From: Octopus sinensis
Lineage: Eukaryota
Direction of reading: 5' to 3'
NCBI RefSeq assembly: GCF_006345805.1
Contig: NC_042998.1
Location: 35,960,001-36,024,000, forward strand
Length of the DNA: 64,000 nucleotides
The notes beneath the pieces are model-generated. The model was not told where the DNA came from, did no database searches, and worked only from the letters and a program-made list of their open reading frames with translations. A program made the position numbers and the translations under genes. This document shows positions 25,788-39,111 of this stretch, one piece after another (position 1 is the stretch's first letter; every line of letters starts with the position of its first letter).

Positions 25788-26929
25788 ATGCGCGTGCAAA
25801 CGTAATATAATTACGATAGAGCCCTTCTGTCATTCAGTTATGTTGGAACGAAATAATTTTATGTGATAGACCAACAATCAGTGATTCGTTCCGTAGAATT
25901 AATGGTAGAACGTAATAGCTGTCGGATAAAAGCAGGTCTTCAGCCGAGAAAGAATTAATCTGAATTAATCTAAACACATTTCCATTGGTCGGCACATCAT
26001 ATATTTCGATTAAGCTAAAACTTCAAATCGTTGGCCATATGTGTGTGTGTGTATGTGTGTCCACGTGTAAATGTGTGCATGTGCATACATGAGTGTGTGC
26101 AATATACAGCAAATAATCATGAAGCAGGAATTCTGTATTTGAATACATCTAAAACGTGGGTTAATGTTTAAGTGTAGTGTTTCAGCTTTCCGTTTTTGTC
26201 TCCGTCTTCTAATCGCCTCGAGGCCAGCTTTACATTAACCGACACTTAGGCAGATGGCTGGCGAAAGTCTACCTGCTGAGACTGAACTAATTTTCTTGGC
26301 TTTCAAAACTTTTAAATGTGATAAACGGAAAGGCTGTTTTAAAATAGTTACATAAGTGGGAAATATCTCAAGTTCAATATAACCACAGCGCGTAGATGGA
26401 TATCGTTTGTATTGCGCAGATGGTTATACTAAGCATGCCATATGAAACGATGCAAGCGATAATTACACGGTTCGAATCTCGATTATTGCAGCTCAGCCTC
26501 ATGTCAGCTTTAATTGACAAGAACTACCATCAAAAGCGTTCCAGCCATGACTATTATGTCAGGGTATGAATTTCTTTTGTTTTCCTTTCACAGGGTTTTA
26601 TAATTGTATTGCTACCATGTTTGGGAATCGTGTGCATTCTGCTACATGTTTTGTCGTTCTCTGATTATCGAATGACTATGTCACTATTTTGATGTAAAGG
26701 AATGAAGTTCGGTACATGAGTAAAACACACACACACACACACACACACGGCTGTATTAAGAATTAAAGAAAAGATGCATTTGCTTAGAGAACCAAAGGAG
26801 ATGCAGAATCCAAATCCTTTCTTTTCGGTGCCGAGTTTTACCATGGTGGAAACGATGGAATAGAAACAAGACCCCACATGAATGAAAAAAAAGCAACAAA
26901 AACAAGGCAAAAGACACAAAAATGTATAT

Positions 26930-27086
26930 AAAGGCACATGTGGTAAGAAGCTTGCTTTCCAACCACATAGTTCCGGGTTCAGTCCCACTGCGTGGCATCT
27001 TGGACAGGTGTCATCTACAATAGCTTCGGTCCGACCAAAGCCTTGTGAGTGGATATGGTAGACGGAAACTGAAAGAAGCCCTTGTA

Positions 27087-27118
<32 letters not shown>

Positions 27119-27406
27119 ATACATACATACATACATCTCTCTCTCCCACCTCTCTCTTTCCCTCACTTCTCTCTCTCTCCCGCTCTCTCTATGCGTGTGT
27201 GTCTATGTCTATGTTTGTCCTCACCAACGCTTGACAACCGGTGTTGGTGTGTTTACGACCCCGTTAAAGGAGAGCAATAGATAGAATAAGTATCAAGTTT
27301 AAAACCAGTATTAGGGTCGATTCGTCCGACTATAAATTCTTCAAAGCGTGCCCCAGCATGGCCAAAGTTTAAAGACTGAAACAAGGAAAACAATAAAAGA
27401 TAAAAG
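26930..27406 (+). mobile_element. SINE family B
   Basis: Matches the family B consensus. Confidence 0.85.
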
Positions 27407-28083
27407 AAATACAACAACAATTTCTATCATAGGCAGAAGGTCAGAAATTTAGAGGGACAGAACAGAGTCCTTGGCAAATATTTTATCTTATCTGCCCCTG
27501 AAGGATAAAAGCAAAGTTGACCGCGGTAGGATTTGAACTCAGAACGTTTAAGAACCAGCATAAATACCGCAAAGCGATGACGCTCTAACGTGTCTGTTAT
27601 TGCGCGGGGAAAAGTGTTGAAGGCAAGCAAGAGTTTCACCTTGAAACCTATCTCTCACCTTTCTCTCTGGTTGGCTGGCAACGACGAAAGTGTGGAAGCC
27701 ATTTTGAAAATTTTGTATTCATTTGAAGCATTCTTTCTTTGAAAAGTTTACTCTTGAGGCGCAGAACTAAAGTTATTGTCCATTTGCCTTGGAAAGGAAA
27801 ACAAGACAGGAACTCGGTGAAATTCCAAAACGCATTCAGCTACAGCAGTGAACAATGATGATGATGGTGATGATGATGATAAGACCATGTTTATGATTAA
27901 TAATGAAAAAAAAAAAGAAACATGGTGGGAGAATTGCGTGTTTTTTTCTGCTCTTCTTGGTAATCTTGGAGTCTCCTACACAGACAGGAGAAAAGTAGGT
28001 TTTCGTATATGTCCGTGTTTATGCATGTAGGAAGGGGAGGAATAGGGACAGAAGAAGAAGAAGAAGAAGAAGAAGGGAGGGCG

Positions 28084-28114
<31 letters not shown>

Positions 28115-28149
28115 GAGAGTGCTAGAGGTTGCGATATCTCCTGGCTGGT

Positions 28150-29405
28150 TATTATTTTGTTATAGCCATTGTTTGTTATTTTCTCCACCCCAGTCGCTGT
28201 CCCATTCAGAAGGGCGATAACGTTCAGGATTCTTTCTTGATGCTTTGGTACTACATATAGAAAGAGCTCCAATGTGGTCCCAAACCAGTTTTCCCGCTTC
28301 GTTTTCTTCTCGTTCAGCAAAGTTTTGCTCTCTTGCATCACGATGCTTGCCAAAATCCACCAGTGAGCTAACTCTGGTGGTCCCTTCCCCGGTATTGTTA
28401 CCTTTACCGTCCTTCTTTCCAGATATGTGGGGAAGATTACGAAGTCATTGTGGAATGTTGCATTGCGACTGCCTGACTATTATATAGGACCTCACTGAAC
28501 TTCTTTGCCCTAGATATATGTTTCATGACCTGCCATCCATTGAATAGCCCTTTCTACTTGAGAGTTGGTGGCCGTCTCCAGACGACAACTTCTTAAACTC
28601 ATGCAGCGATAATTAACAGTCTTTCTGGCAGTTTCAGCTAAAGTTCTTAGAGAAGCCTCTTTCTTCAAATTTTCCTAAATCGAGTGGTGTGCTCTAACTT
28701 CACCCGTTTATCTTCGAGGAATATACTGTGTAACCCCTTTGTAGAAACTACTCCGGCGAAGGAAGCTTTCCTATTGTTGCTGTTGTTGCTAACAGTTTGT
28801 GTCGTGCCGATGTTGCTTTCGTTGTTGCTCTTGTTCCTGCAACTGCTACTGCTACTGCAGTTGTTGTTAAACAAAAAAACGGGTAAGGGTGATTAGGTGA
28901 TGGTGTAGGGCTTAGGGGCGGGAGACCCCAGACCTTGGAAAAAAATAAAACTTTGGTCGTCTTGTTGTAGTCGAGGGCTTTTCGTTGACGCCCGATACCA
29001 GTGGGAGGTGGCCCTCGAAGTCGCTGGAAATGGTGATCTCCAGGTCCAAATTCTTAAACGGGTGCTTCTGCAGTTGCTTTCCTCGTCGTTGTTGTCGTAA
29101 TCGTTTATTCTTGAGATGATCCTGCTACTACATTCGGTTTCCATAGTGGTGGCGCTAGTAGTGATAGACTCTTCGCGAAATTCTTTGTTCGAACTGCCAT
29201 TATTTCTACTCCTGCTATTGTTGTTGTTGTTATTGCTACTTGTGTTGGTGTTCTCGTTGTTAAAAACCTTGTCCCTACTATTGCTACCGCTATCATCACC
29301 GTTATTGTTCTCATGCAAATGTTCTCGAATGAAGTTGGTAATGTCACGAACCATTCTTCCTGCTACTTTGTCGTTGAATCTGATTGTAAACGTTACTGAC
29401 GCCAT
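28150..29405 (-). pseudogene. Frameshifted coding relic, probably a LINE ORF1 (gag-like, possibly Tx1-type)
   Basis: ATG at 29405 opens an N/S-rich N-terminus. Broken frames follow, reading PTYLERRTVKVTIPGKGPPELAHWWILASIV...KRENWFGTTLELFLYV. The retroelement ORF1 assignment is from recall only. Confidence 0.5.
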
Positions 29406-29894
29406 TATTTCCAACTGAAAAACGAATTTATACAAAACTCATGTCCTTTAGGGCACAGTTTGGCAGTTCTCATTCTCATATATCAAAATAAAGACCATTA
29501 TTCAAAGTTTTTACAAAAATTCACAATAGTAAACAAATTGTTTTCAACAAAAATTAACAAACCTCCAGGAGCCGACATGACGATGACCACAAAAAGAAAA
29601 ATGATAAAAATAATAATCATTATTTCAAATTTTTGCCATAAGGGCAGCTTGGGAGAGGTGGGGATGAGTCAATTACATCGACTCCAGTGTTCAACTGGTA
29701 CGAAAGGATGAGAGGCAAAATCGACCTCGGCGGAATTTGAACTCAGAACGTAGCGCCGGGCGAAATACCGCTAAGCAGTTCGTCCAATGTGTTAACAATT
29801 CTGTCAGCTCGCCGCTTTTCACACGATGACATGGCCATTTGACAGCCCCCCGCCAACAAAAAATGTGTAAGCCTTTTCTAGTACTATCTATACT

Positions 29895-30312
29895 CTATAC
29901 TCTTTTTACTCTTTTACTCTTTTACTTGTTTCAGTCATTTGATTACGGCCATGCTGGAGTACCGCCTTTAGTCGAGCAAATCGACCCCAGGACTTATTCT
30001 TTGTAAGCCTTCTACTTATTCTATCGGTCTCTTTTGCCGAACCGCCAAGTTACGGGAACGTAAACACACCAGCATCGGTTGTCAAGCGATGTTGGGGGGA
30101 CAAATACAGACACAAACACACACATATATATATACATATACATATATACGGCGGGCTTCTTTCAGTTTCCGTCTACCAAATCCACTCACAAGGCTTTGGT
30201 CGACCCGAGGCTATAGTAGAAAACACTTGCCCAAGGTACCATGCAGTGGGACTGAACCCGGAACCATGTGGTTGGTAAGCAAGCTACTTACCACGCAGCC
30301 ACTCCTGCGCCT
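29895..30312 (-). mobile_element. SINE family B, full length
   Basis: Has the (aaaagagt)n tail, internal microsatellite and tRNA head ending ...actcctgcgcc. Confidence 0.9.
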
Positions 30313-30859
30313 ATGTTTGCTAAAACTTTGAAATGTTTATAGATTTTTATATTTTAAGTACGATGTGATTTGCCATAGATAAATTCCTTCATCGTAAATA
30401 CGATGGGGTGTTTTTGTAGATACAATACTATAGCTTCTTAAAACTATGAAATGTTGTTTATAAACTTCGATCTTTTAGCTCTGGTAGTTCCAAATTTCCG
30501 ACGCTACTCTCAAAAATCGCCTCCCACTCGCCCTTAATCGACTGGCAGCCATATCAACTGGCAGTCCAATCAAATAGCCTGTATTAGTAGACACAAGCTT
30601 GCTCTTTTATTTAATGCCGCAGCATTGGCAGCAGCTAAACCAACAGTCGTAAGTCTGTCATTTGTTGTCTAAAGAAATCAGTGGAGACAATATTAGGAGC
30701 CCTCGGCCTTATACTAATAATTTAATTACAGTAATAATTGTGAAACTATAGTAATGAACTAGGAAATAATAAAGATAGGGATTATAGTAGTAATAGTGAA
30801 ATTGTAATACTGAACAAGTTTTACCCAGAATGATTAACAAGTGACGTTGTGAAACTATC

Positions 30860-33383
30860 GAATCGTCGGTGACTGAACCGGCAATCCTACTAAGCTTGCT
30901 TGGTGAGCGGGGTGGATTTTCGACATCCTGCGGGATTAAAGACACAACCCGGCAAAGGGCAGGGGAACTTAATAAGTCAATGGTCATTCCGAAAACGGAC
31001 AGACAGAATTAGTGAGCCTTGGTTGGCAGTCTGTTCAGGAGAAGGAACACTGATTTAAAAACTGGGGTAGATAGGACTCCTTAGTCACAGTGGTGACAAC
31101 CTGTCAGTGTTCAGTGGCTCCATCCCTGGGATGAAGGCGAATGAACTGCGAATCGGGACTTAACTGCAGAGCAATATTTGGATGAAGATATGGGACCAAC
31201 TGACGCTCTCCTATCTCCTAGTGAGAATCAGGATCATGGAAATGCGAAGGGAACAGGCCCAACTTATGGGTAGTAAGAGCATTGCAGTCTTGGTTGACTC
31301 CTTCGCCAAACCAACAGGAAAAATGTGAGAAAAGGCGAGTATTTGACACCTTCAAATGACCAGTGCTCTGGGTAGGCTGTACTCGTTAGCCTTGTGTGGC
31401 AAGTAGCCTAAGAGAAGGAACACTTTGAGTTCAAAACCAGGGGAGTGAGGACCCTGTCGCCTTGGCAGACTTCCTTGATAGAGATGGTGTCTCGATAAAA
31501 ATACCGATTTGTAGTAACCTAAAAACACACCTCATTTGTGAGTGAAAATGCCAAGTAAAATAAATGACGATAACGGTGTGAACGGGAGTGGAACAAATGG
31601 TGAAGGTGTCACACCCGGTAGGTGCCCCACTGTGCAGCAGGTTGGGCCCGGTCGTAATCCAGCAACTGCTAGCCATACTACAAGACATAAGTCTAGTAAA
31701 CAAGTAAACATGATGGTTATAGAGTGTTACTACCGGAGCAACTCAGTGGATGCGAATGGTGTGCCAGTCAGAGGGTACAGAAAACGAATGTACAGTGAAC
31801 TGAAGGCAATGGAACTGTTGGAAATTACTGAACAGAAATTATGTGACCAAGCAAGAGCAATACGAAAGAATGAATGGTTAATAAAATTGGAGCTAGAAGC
31901 TATTAAAAGAAGGATATCGGGTGAGGATAGGCATGCGAGCAACGAAAGTGGTATAGTGGAAGTGATGGACAGTTGTTCGCAAGAATATAATATCGGGAAT
32001 TGTGAAAGAACTGAGATCTGTGACTACTCAAACAATGAAGATAGATTAATAATAGATAGGATTTTGGATCAATTAAATACAGAAGGGACAGAATTTGTGT
32101 GCAACTTTAAGAAGGTTAACCAATGGAGACTGAATCAAGAGACGAATATAGTCAATATTGTACTGAGACACATTGAAACAAAGAACATCACACAAACAAA
32201 GAATCTTATCAAGGCTGTTAGTAGGATTGTGGCGGAAGGATGGGGTTGAGAAGTACTGGGAACAGAACAGCGACAGATAGAAAGGAAATAAACAACCGTG
32301 GTGGAAAAGGAGAACTTCTGAAGACATAAACTCCTTGAACAGTGTAGAGTCAATACTTGTCAGGAAAAGAAATGGAGAACTTAAGAGTGAATGCAAATTC
32401 GAAAAAGTTAGGAAGAAGTATGGTGTTGATACAAAAGGCCTGAATGTTGTAATTGAAGAACTGAAGCAGCGCATAAAGGCAAAAAAAGAAAAAAAAAGCA
32501 AAAGTAACTCGGTTTGAACAACGGCTTAAGCAATATCAGCAAAAACGAATTGTTTAGAACCGTCCCCAAAAGATTTTACCAAGAGATTAATGACGATAAA
32601 AAACGTGATGCTGATGAAAGTCGACTTTTCTGGGGTAAGCAAAAACGATATAATACTACAGCTGAATGGCTCTGCAGCCTGAAGGAAACAGCTTCTTATC
32701 CCCAGTAAGAGGCTATCCACTTCACAGAAGACAGTATATCAGAAATGTGAGTAAAAAGATAAGCAATTGGAAAGCAGCAGGACCAGATGGTGTAGAGGGA
32801 TTCTGGATAAAAATAAAAGGTCAGTAGTTGTCATAAATTGATCGCAGAACAATTTAATTTCTCAATTCAATGGAGAAGATGAAATCCCCGGCTGGTTGAC
32901 AAAAAGACGAACGGTGTTGAGTGCCTGAAGGATGCACCAAAGGGAAATGCTGCTGACAAATACAGACCAATTTCCTGCCTCCCGTTAATGTGGAAGTTAC
33001 TCTTATGAGGAATTGCAGAAGAACTGTGTAGATGTTTTGATGAGAACGATATATTAACGCTAGAACAAAAAGGATGTAGAATGAATGCAGAGGTACCAAA
33101 GATCAACTATTGAGGGACTTAAATGGCAATGCAAGATTGTAAACGAAGAAGAACAAATCTGGGAATGGCCTGGATTGATTATCACAAAGATTATGATATG
33201 ATTCGACATTCGTGGATCATCGAGTTCTTAGATCTGTTTGGAATTGCGAGAAATGTAACATGTTTCCTGAAGAGAAATATAGGGGGATGGAAAACTGAAC
33301 AGACATCTTACTGGAAAAACTTGGGTATATCAGAAGAGGGATTTTCAAGGGTGATAGCCTGTCTCCGTTGCTTTTCGTTCTTT
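30860..33383 (+). mobile_element. 5' half of an R4/Dong-clade (RLE) non-LTR retrotransposon, decayed
   Basis: N-terminus VIECYYRS...RGYRKRM...TEQKLCDQARAIRKNEWL..LELE. RT motifs [31 protein letters not shown] and IRRGIFQGDSLSPLLFV. It has many frameshifts and stops abruptly at ~33383. Confidence 0.9.
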
Positions 33384-33434
33384 TGAGTAGATCCTGTCAG
33401 TGTTGTGAGTCAACCTAAGCTTAATAAATGTTTC

Positions 33435-33621
33435 GGTACTTTTTGGTTATCTCATCCCCATTAAAAAATGGGGTTAATAAGATAAGGCATATATAAAGCT
33501 CACTTGAAAAAAGTGATGCTTTTTATATATGGGAGATAACCCAAATTTTTAGTGGGGAGATAACCTCATTTTTTTTTAAAGGCAATTTTTTTTATTGGGG
33601 GTGAGATAACCGAAAAGTATC
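33435..33621. mobile_element. MITE with 8-bp TSD, Merlin-like
   Basis: TIRs ggtactttttggttatctcatcccca and tgggggtgagataaccgaaaagtatc. Exact TSD aatgtttc at 33427 and 33622. Internal ggagataacc subrepeats. Confidence 0.75.
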
Positions 33622-34457
33622 AATGTTTCAACTGAACAACTGTGCGACAAGACAAACCAGTCATTTTGTTTTTGTTAAGTATAGAAGATGGTTTGTTACA
33701 GCAGATTACTTTTGAGTATTTGATAAAATATTTTGCAATTAAAAAAATATGAAAGAAAACTATTTGAAGAATAAATAAAGTTACGAGTCAGCAACAGTAA
33801 GCATTACTTTGTAGCTTTGATCAAATTGTATCTTTGATCGAAATTCTATGTCTTGTTTGTGATACAATGGAATAAAAGTTGTTTCGTTTAACACAAATAA
33901 TGATATTTGAATGTCTTCAAAAACTGTCCACCGGCATTGATATTTGTAAAAATAATAATAATAATAAAATCGCTTTCGTTGAAGTTTTTGTATTTACATT
34001 TTTTTGCTTATAACTGTTTAAAAAATGAATGCGAGTTGAAAATTTGCATTTTTTTCTGATCCTAGTTTACAGATAATTTTCTGGTATTTCTTAATGTCAG
34101 TTAGTATTAAGCAAAAGATAAAAGGCAGAAAATGTAAGGGGCACATATTTTAATTAGAAACCTGCATTGCATTATGAAAAAAGAAAAAAAAGTGTCAGCG
34201 AAAACAAATTGAGTAGACCCTGTCGGTGTTGTGAGTTAACCTAAGCCTAGGTTAGAATAAATAAAATAAAATAGAAAACATAGATTATATTTCGTATAGC
34301 TATGGTGCTGACCTGGAGATGGTCGGCAAGAAGCTTAAATTTTTAATCTCTTGTTTCATATTCTTCCCTTAAGTCTTCATCTGTTTCCAGGGAATAAGAA
34401 GACTCAAAGAGAAGCATTGTCAGGGATCTGCTTAAAGTTTAGGCTTTAGTGAGATTT

Positions 34458-34586
34458 CAGTTCTATATTTAAGAGATGAGGAATGATTTACATTATTTAC
34501 ATTTGACGGATATTTGTCCTCATCTTGTTTGTTGTCAACACAACATTTCGGCTGATTACTCTCCAGCCTTCATCAGGTGTCTTGGG

Positions 34587-34637
<51 letters not shown>

Positions 34638-34789
34638 CAACAATGTCGAAAAATGCCTTAGGAATGAGAATGCAGGTTCGAAATTCCCCCAAGACACCTG
34701 ATGAAGGCTGGAGGGTATATCAGCCAAAATGTTGTGTTAACAACAAACAAGATGAAGACAAATATCCGTCAAATGTAAATAATGTAAAC
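34458..34789. mobile_element. Inverted pair of hammerhead-bearing tails around (AAT)n
   Basis: Hammerheads at 34537-34582 (-) and 34692-34738 (+, GAAA mutated to AAAA). The 11-bp TSD tagtgagattt lies at 34447 and 34790. Confidence 0.8.
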
Positions 34790-34883
34790 TAGTGAGATTT
34801 GACAGTGTCCGGAAAACACACAAACACACAGAGACAAACATACACACACCGACCCACATACATACACAGACACATATACAGGT

Positions 34884-34931
<48 letters not shown>

Positions 34932-35992
34932 TTGCTGCAAAGTTCCTATCTTTGGGTAAAAGAATATACAGGAGGACCATTTAGATATGATTTTATTCGA
35001 TGTATTCCCCTCTCACATTTACACGCTTATTGCAGTGATCCTTCAGTTTTTCTAAGCCTAGTAAAAGAACTCGGAAGGTTGGGCCTTCGCACAGTTTCTT
35101 TTACCAAGTTCCACTCACAAGGCATTGGCTAACTGAAAGCTGGCTCTGCGCAGTGAAATCAAAAATCCGGAACAGCACGGGTGGGAAGTGGACTTCGCAA
35201 TTATTCGGTTGGTGCCTGCGCCTGTGTTGAAACAAAATTAAAATCTGTTTCGAATCTGCAGGATTATTAAGGCGGCGTTTCGCCCAGTTTGCAAGGCATT
35301 AAGTGGCGGATAGTTCAAGTCCTGTCTTTGGACTGGACACTGGTGGCTGTGGCAGAGAGTATCGCTGACCATTCTCCGCGGCAACGCTTTTGCAATCAAA
35401 ACACGCCATTTATTCTGGGGTGTACAGCCCATACTCCCCCCCGGCTCCATCATCTTCTGCTGCTTAAACCCCAGCCTCCTTTGTTCTTTGTTTCCTTCGT
35501 GAATGAGTTATGGGCTTTTTTTCTCGATTATTTAATCTTTTATACTTTTAATGATTTCCTTCTTTCATTTCTTCCTGAAAGTTATTATTTGGGGCTCCAT
35601 TTTCAGGTAAGAAGATTGGGGCAACATGAAACGAAAAGTCTTGCTGAAGGTCACAGTGTAGCGCAACCTTACTGCTGTGAGTCAATCACTCTTTCCACGA
35701 GCCCCAGCCCCACACCGTCTTATTCAACATGTCTTCCGTTTTTAAAGCCAGAGGGGTAAATTTTAAAGGAGATTTGGGTGCCTTTTTTAAGAAAGTCAAA
35801 CAACATCATATACGCTCTAACGCTGGTTCGTGACTTTATTGTTTAAGATGAATATTTCTATAACACCGTGACTATAAATAAATAAATAATAAATAAATAA
35901 ATATATATATATATATATAGACCGGAGTAAACACATAAATGTGAAACAAGGTGGAAAAAAGAGTACTCAAATACCAGTGGTAGAGTAATATG

Positions 35993-36240
<248 letters not shown>

Positions 36241-36409
36241 CAAATAATATGTAATCTGTTGTTCAAATGGATGACGTTATTGCTACAATTCGAATAACGC
36301 TTTTGAGCCTCCAAGTCGATGACGGCGGAGTATTTTGAGTAGAGGTAACTAATTGCGCTCCACTATTCTGGGAATGTGTTGGTAGCTGTGGTATTATTTG
36401 TGTTTGTTA

Positions 36410-37350
36410 AGGCGGCGAGATGGCATAAACGTTAGCACGCCGAGCGAAATGCGTAGCCGTATTTCGTCTGCCGTTACGTTCTGAGTTCAAATTCCGCCGA
36501 GGTCGACTTTGCCTTTCATCCTTTCGGGGTCGATAAATTAAGTACCAGTTACGCACTGGGGTCGATATAATCGACTTAATCCGTTTGTCTGTCCTTGTTC
36601 GTCCTCTCTGTGTTTAGCCTCTTGTGAGTAGTAAAGAAATAGGTATTTCGTCTGTCTTTACGTTCTGAGTTCAAATTTCGCCGAGGTCGACTTTGCCTTT
36701 CATCCTTTCGGGGTCGATAAATTAAGTACCAGTTACGCACTGGGGTCGATATAATCGACTTAATCCATTTGTCTGTCCTTGTTTGTCCTCTCTGTGTTTA
36801 GCCCCTTGTGAGTAGTAAAGAAATAGGTATTTCGTCTGTCTTTACGTTCTGAGTTCAAATTTCGCCGAGGTCGACTTTGCCTTTCATCCTTTCGGGGTCG
36901 ATAAATTAAGTACCAGTTACGCACTGGGGTCGATATAATCGACTTAATCCATTTGTCTGTCCTTGTTTGTCCTCTCTGTGTTTAGCCCCTTGTGAGTAGT
37001 AAAGAAATAGGTATTTCGTCTGTCTTTACGTTCTGAGTTCAAATTTCGCCGAGGTCGACTTTGCCTTTCATCCTTTCGGGGTCGATAAATTAAGTACCAG
37101 TTACGCACTGGGGTCGATATAATCGACTTAATCCATTTGTCTGTCCTTGTTTGTCCTCTCTGTGTTTAGCCCCTTGTGAGTAGTAAAGAAATAGGTATTT
37201 CGTCTGTCTTTACGTTCTGAGTTCAAATTTCGCCGAGGTCGACTTTGCCTTACATCCTTTCGGGATCGATTAAATAAGTACCAGTTGATCACAGAGGTTG
37301 ATCTAATAGATTTACACCTCCCCCTCCCCGAAATTGCTGGCTTTGTGCCA
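36410..37350 (+). mobile_element. SINE family A multimer: head, four 184-bp units, terminal body and tail
   Basis: tatttcg recurs at 36460, 36644, 36828, 37012 and 37196, a period of 184 bp. Confidence 0.95.
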
Positions 37351-38480
37351 ACCAATATATCTGTGCTTATTGCTTAAACTCGAAAATACTTTATCTCCTC
37401 AACTGATTCAATAGTCACACACATTCCATTCTCTGATTCTTATTTTTGAAACCTCAGACCAACTTGGCGAATCTTCTCTCGTTTCTTTCCTACCTGTGGA
37501 ACTTCTTCATATTTTTCTCTTGCAGAGATTCCTTCTCAAATGAGTGGATTAGTTGCTTGGCCGGCTTAAACACCACAGAATAAATAATTGATTTCGAACC
37601 GTATGAATAGGAAGAATTATTCATTATGATTTCTATCACTGTCACACCACTGAAGACAGGATCTCTCGATTCGCTTCTGTCACATTCTTGGCTGATAATA
37701 AAAAACCAAAAAAAAAAAAACCCCCCCAAAAAAACAAACAAACACCCAAACAAATGCAATAAACCAAACAAAAAAACTCCAGTAAAAACACCCCCCCCCC
37801 AAAAAAACAAACGAACAAACAAAGAGAGCAATAACAATTCTATTAATTTTCTTTTCCTTCGTTTTATTGTTAGGCCTCGTAGGTTATGAAGACAAAGTTT
37901 TTTTTTTCCTGCAGGAATGTTTATAAGATATTTCAAGTAAGAAGTGTCAACTGTCCAACTAACCGATGAATAGAACCAAAATTTAATCCTTAAGTAAGAA
38001 ACAGATAAATAAAGGAAAGAAAAAAAAATATATATGAATGCTACAAAAAGATAATCGTTAAGGTTGAAATCTTGATACAAAAGCCGGACAGTTGATTTGG
38101 TCGAAAATCTTACTACTACAGCGAAGAAAATAAAGTTCTAAAACCACTCTAAACCGGGAAACTTCAAGAGTTTCACACAAAAAAAACCCCAAAACCCAAA
38201 GAATAAAAGAGATATTTGTTATCAATGTCCCAAAATGCAACAAGTAATTAACGCCATATTTTAAAATCTATAAACGTTATTTAAGCGGTAACAGTCAATG
38301 TTTTGTGTCTGTAAATCAATGAATGCGAAGCTGGTGCTTCCTTATTTAAAATAAAAGCACTTATTTTATCAGCCCCCGGAAAGTATGTAAACAAAGGTTA
38401 AACTTGTCGAGATTCGATCTCTTAATATAAAGTGATGTAATGGAAACACAGATCCACAGAGAGGAATAAGTGCATGACTA

Positions 38481-38735
38481 TCGGGATCGATAAATTAAGT
38501 ACCAGTTACGCACTGGGGTCGATATAATCGACTTAATCCGTTTGTCTGTCCTTGTTCGTCCTCTCTGTGTTTAGCCCTTGTGGGTAGTAAAGAAATAAGT
38601 ATTTCGTCTGTCTTTACGTTCTGAGTTCAAACTCCGCCGTACTCGACTTTGCTTTTCATTTTTTCGGGCTCGATAAATTAAGTACCAGTTGCGTACTGGG
38701 GCCGATCTAATCGACTGGTCCCCTCTCCCACCAAA
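38481..38735 (+). mobile_element. 5'-truncated SINE A dimer
   Basis: Partial unit, junction near 38598, second body and alternative tail. Confidence 0.85.
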
Positions 38736-39111
38736 AAAATTAATAGACAGTGGAATGATTTGAACTCAGACCAAACAACGACAATGAAACACGATGAAGA
38801 TAAACATGGCTGAACGATTAAAAAGTTCGCTTTATTCTGGTTCTGACCCAATTTCGTGGCACCTTTGGCGGCGAGTGTTTGACCAATATCTTGTGAGTAG
38901 AATTTAGAAGACGGAACGAAGCGGGAAGCTGTCGCACGCATGCGCATGTGTACGGAGTGGCAACAACAACAGACACCACTGCCACTTTTTATACTCCCCA
39001 CCCGTTCATGTGTCGTAGACTTGTCCACTTGGTACAACCGGTAAAGATTGTCCACATGTTGTTTACCAATATTGTTGGAACTAAAGAGTACACGAGCCTG
39101 ATTCTAAATAT

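Noticed and set aside
36460-36643. Hammerhead or HDV ribozyme within the 184-bp SINE A unit
   Set aside because: I found no CUGANGA/GAAA core or HDV topology by eye on either strand, so the circular-template idea lacks an identified ribozyme.
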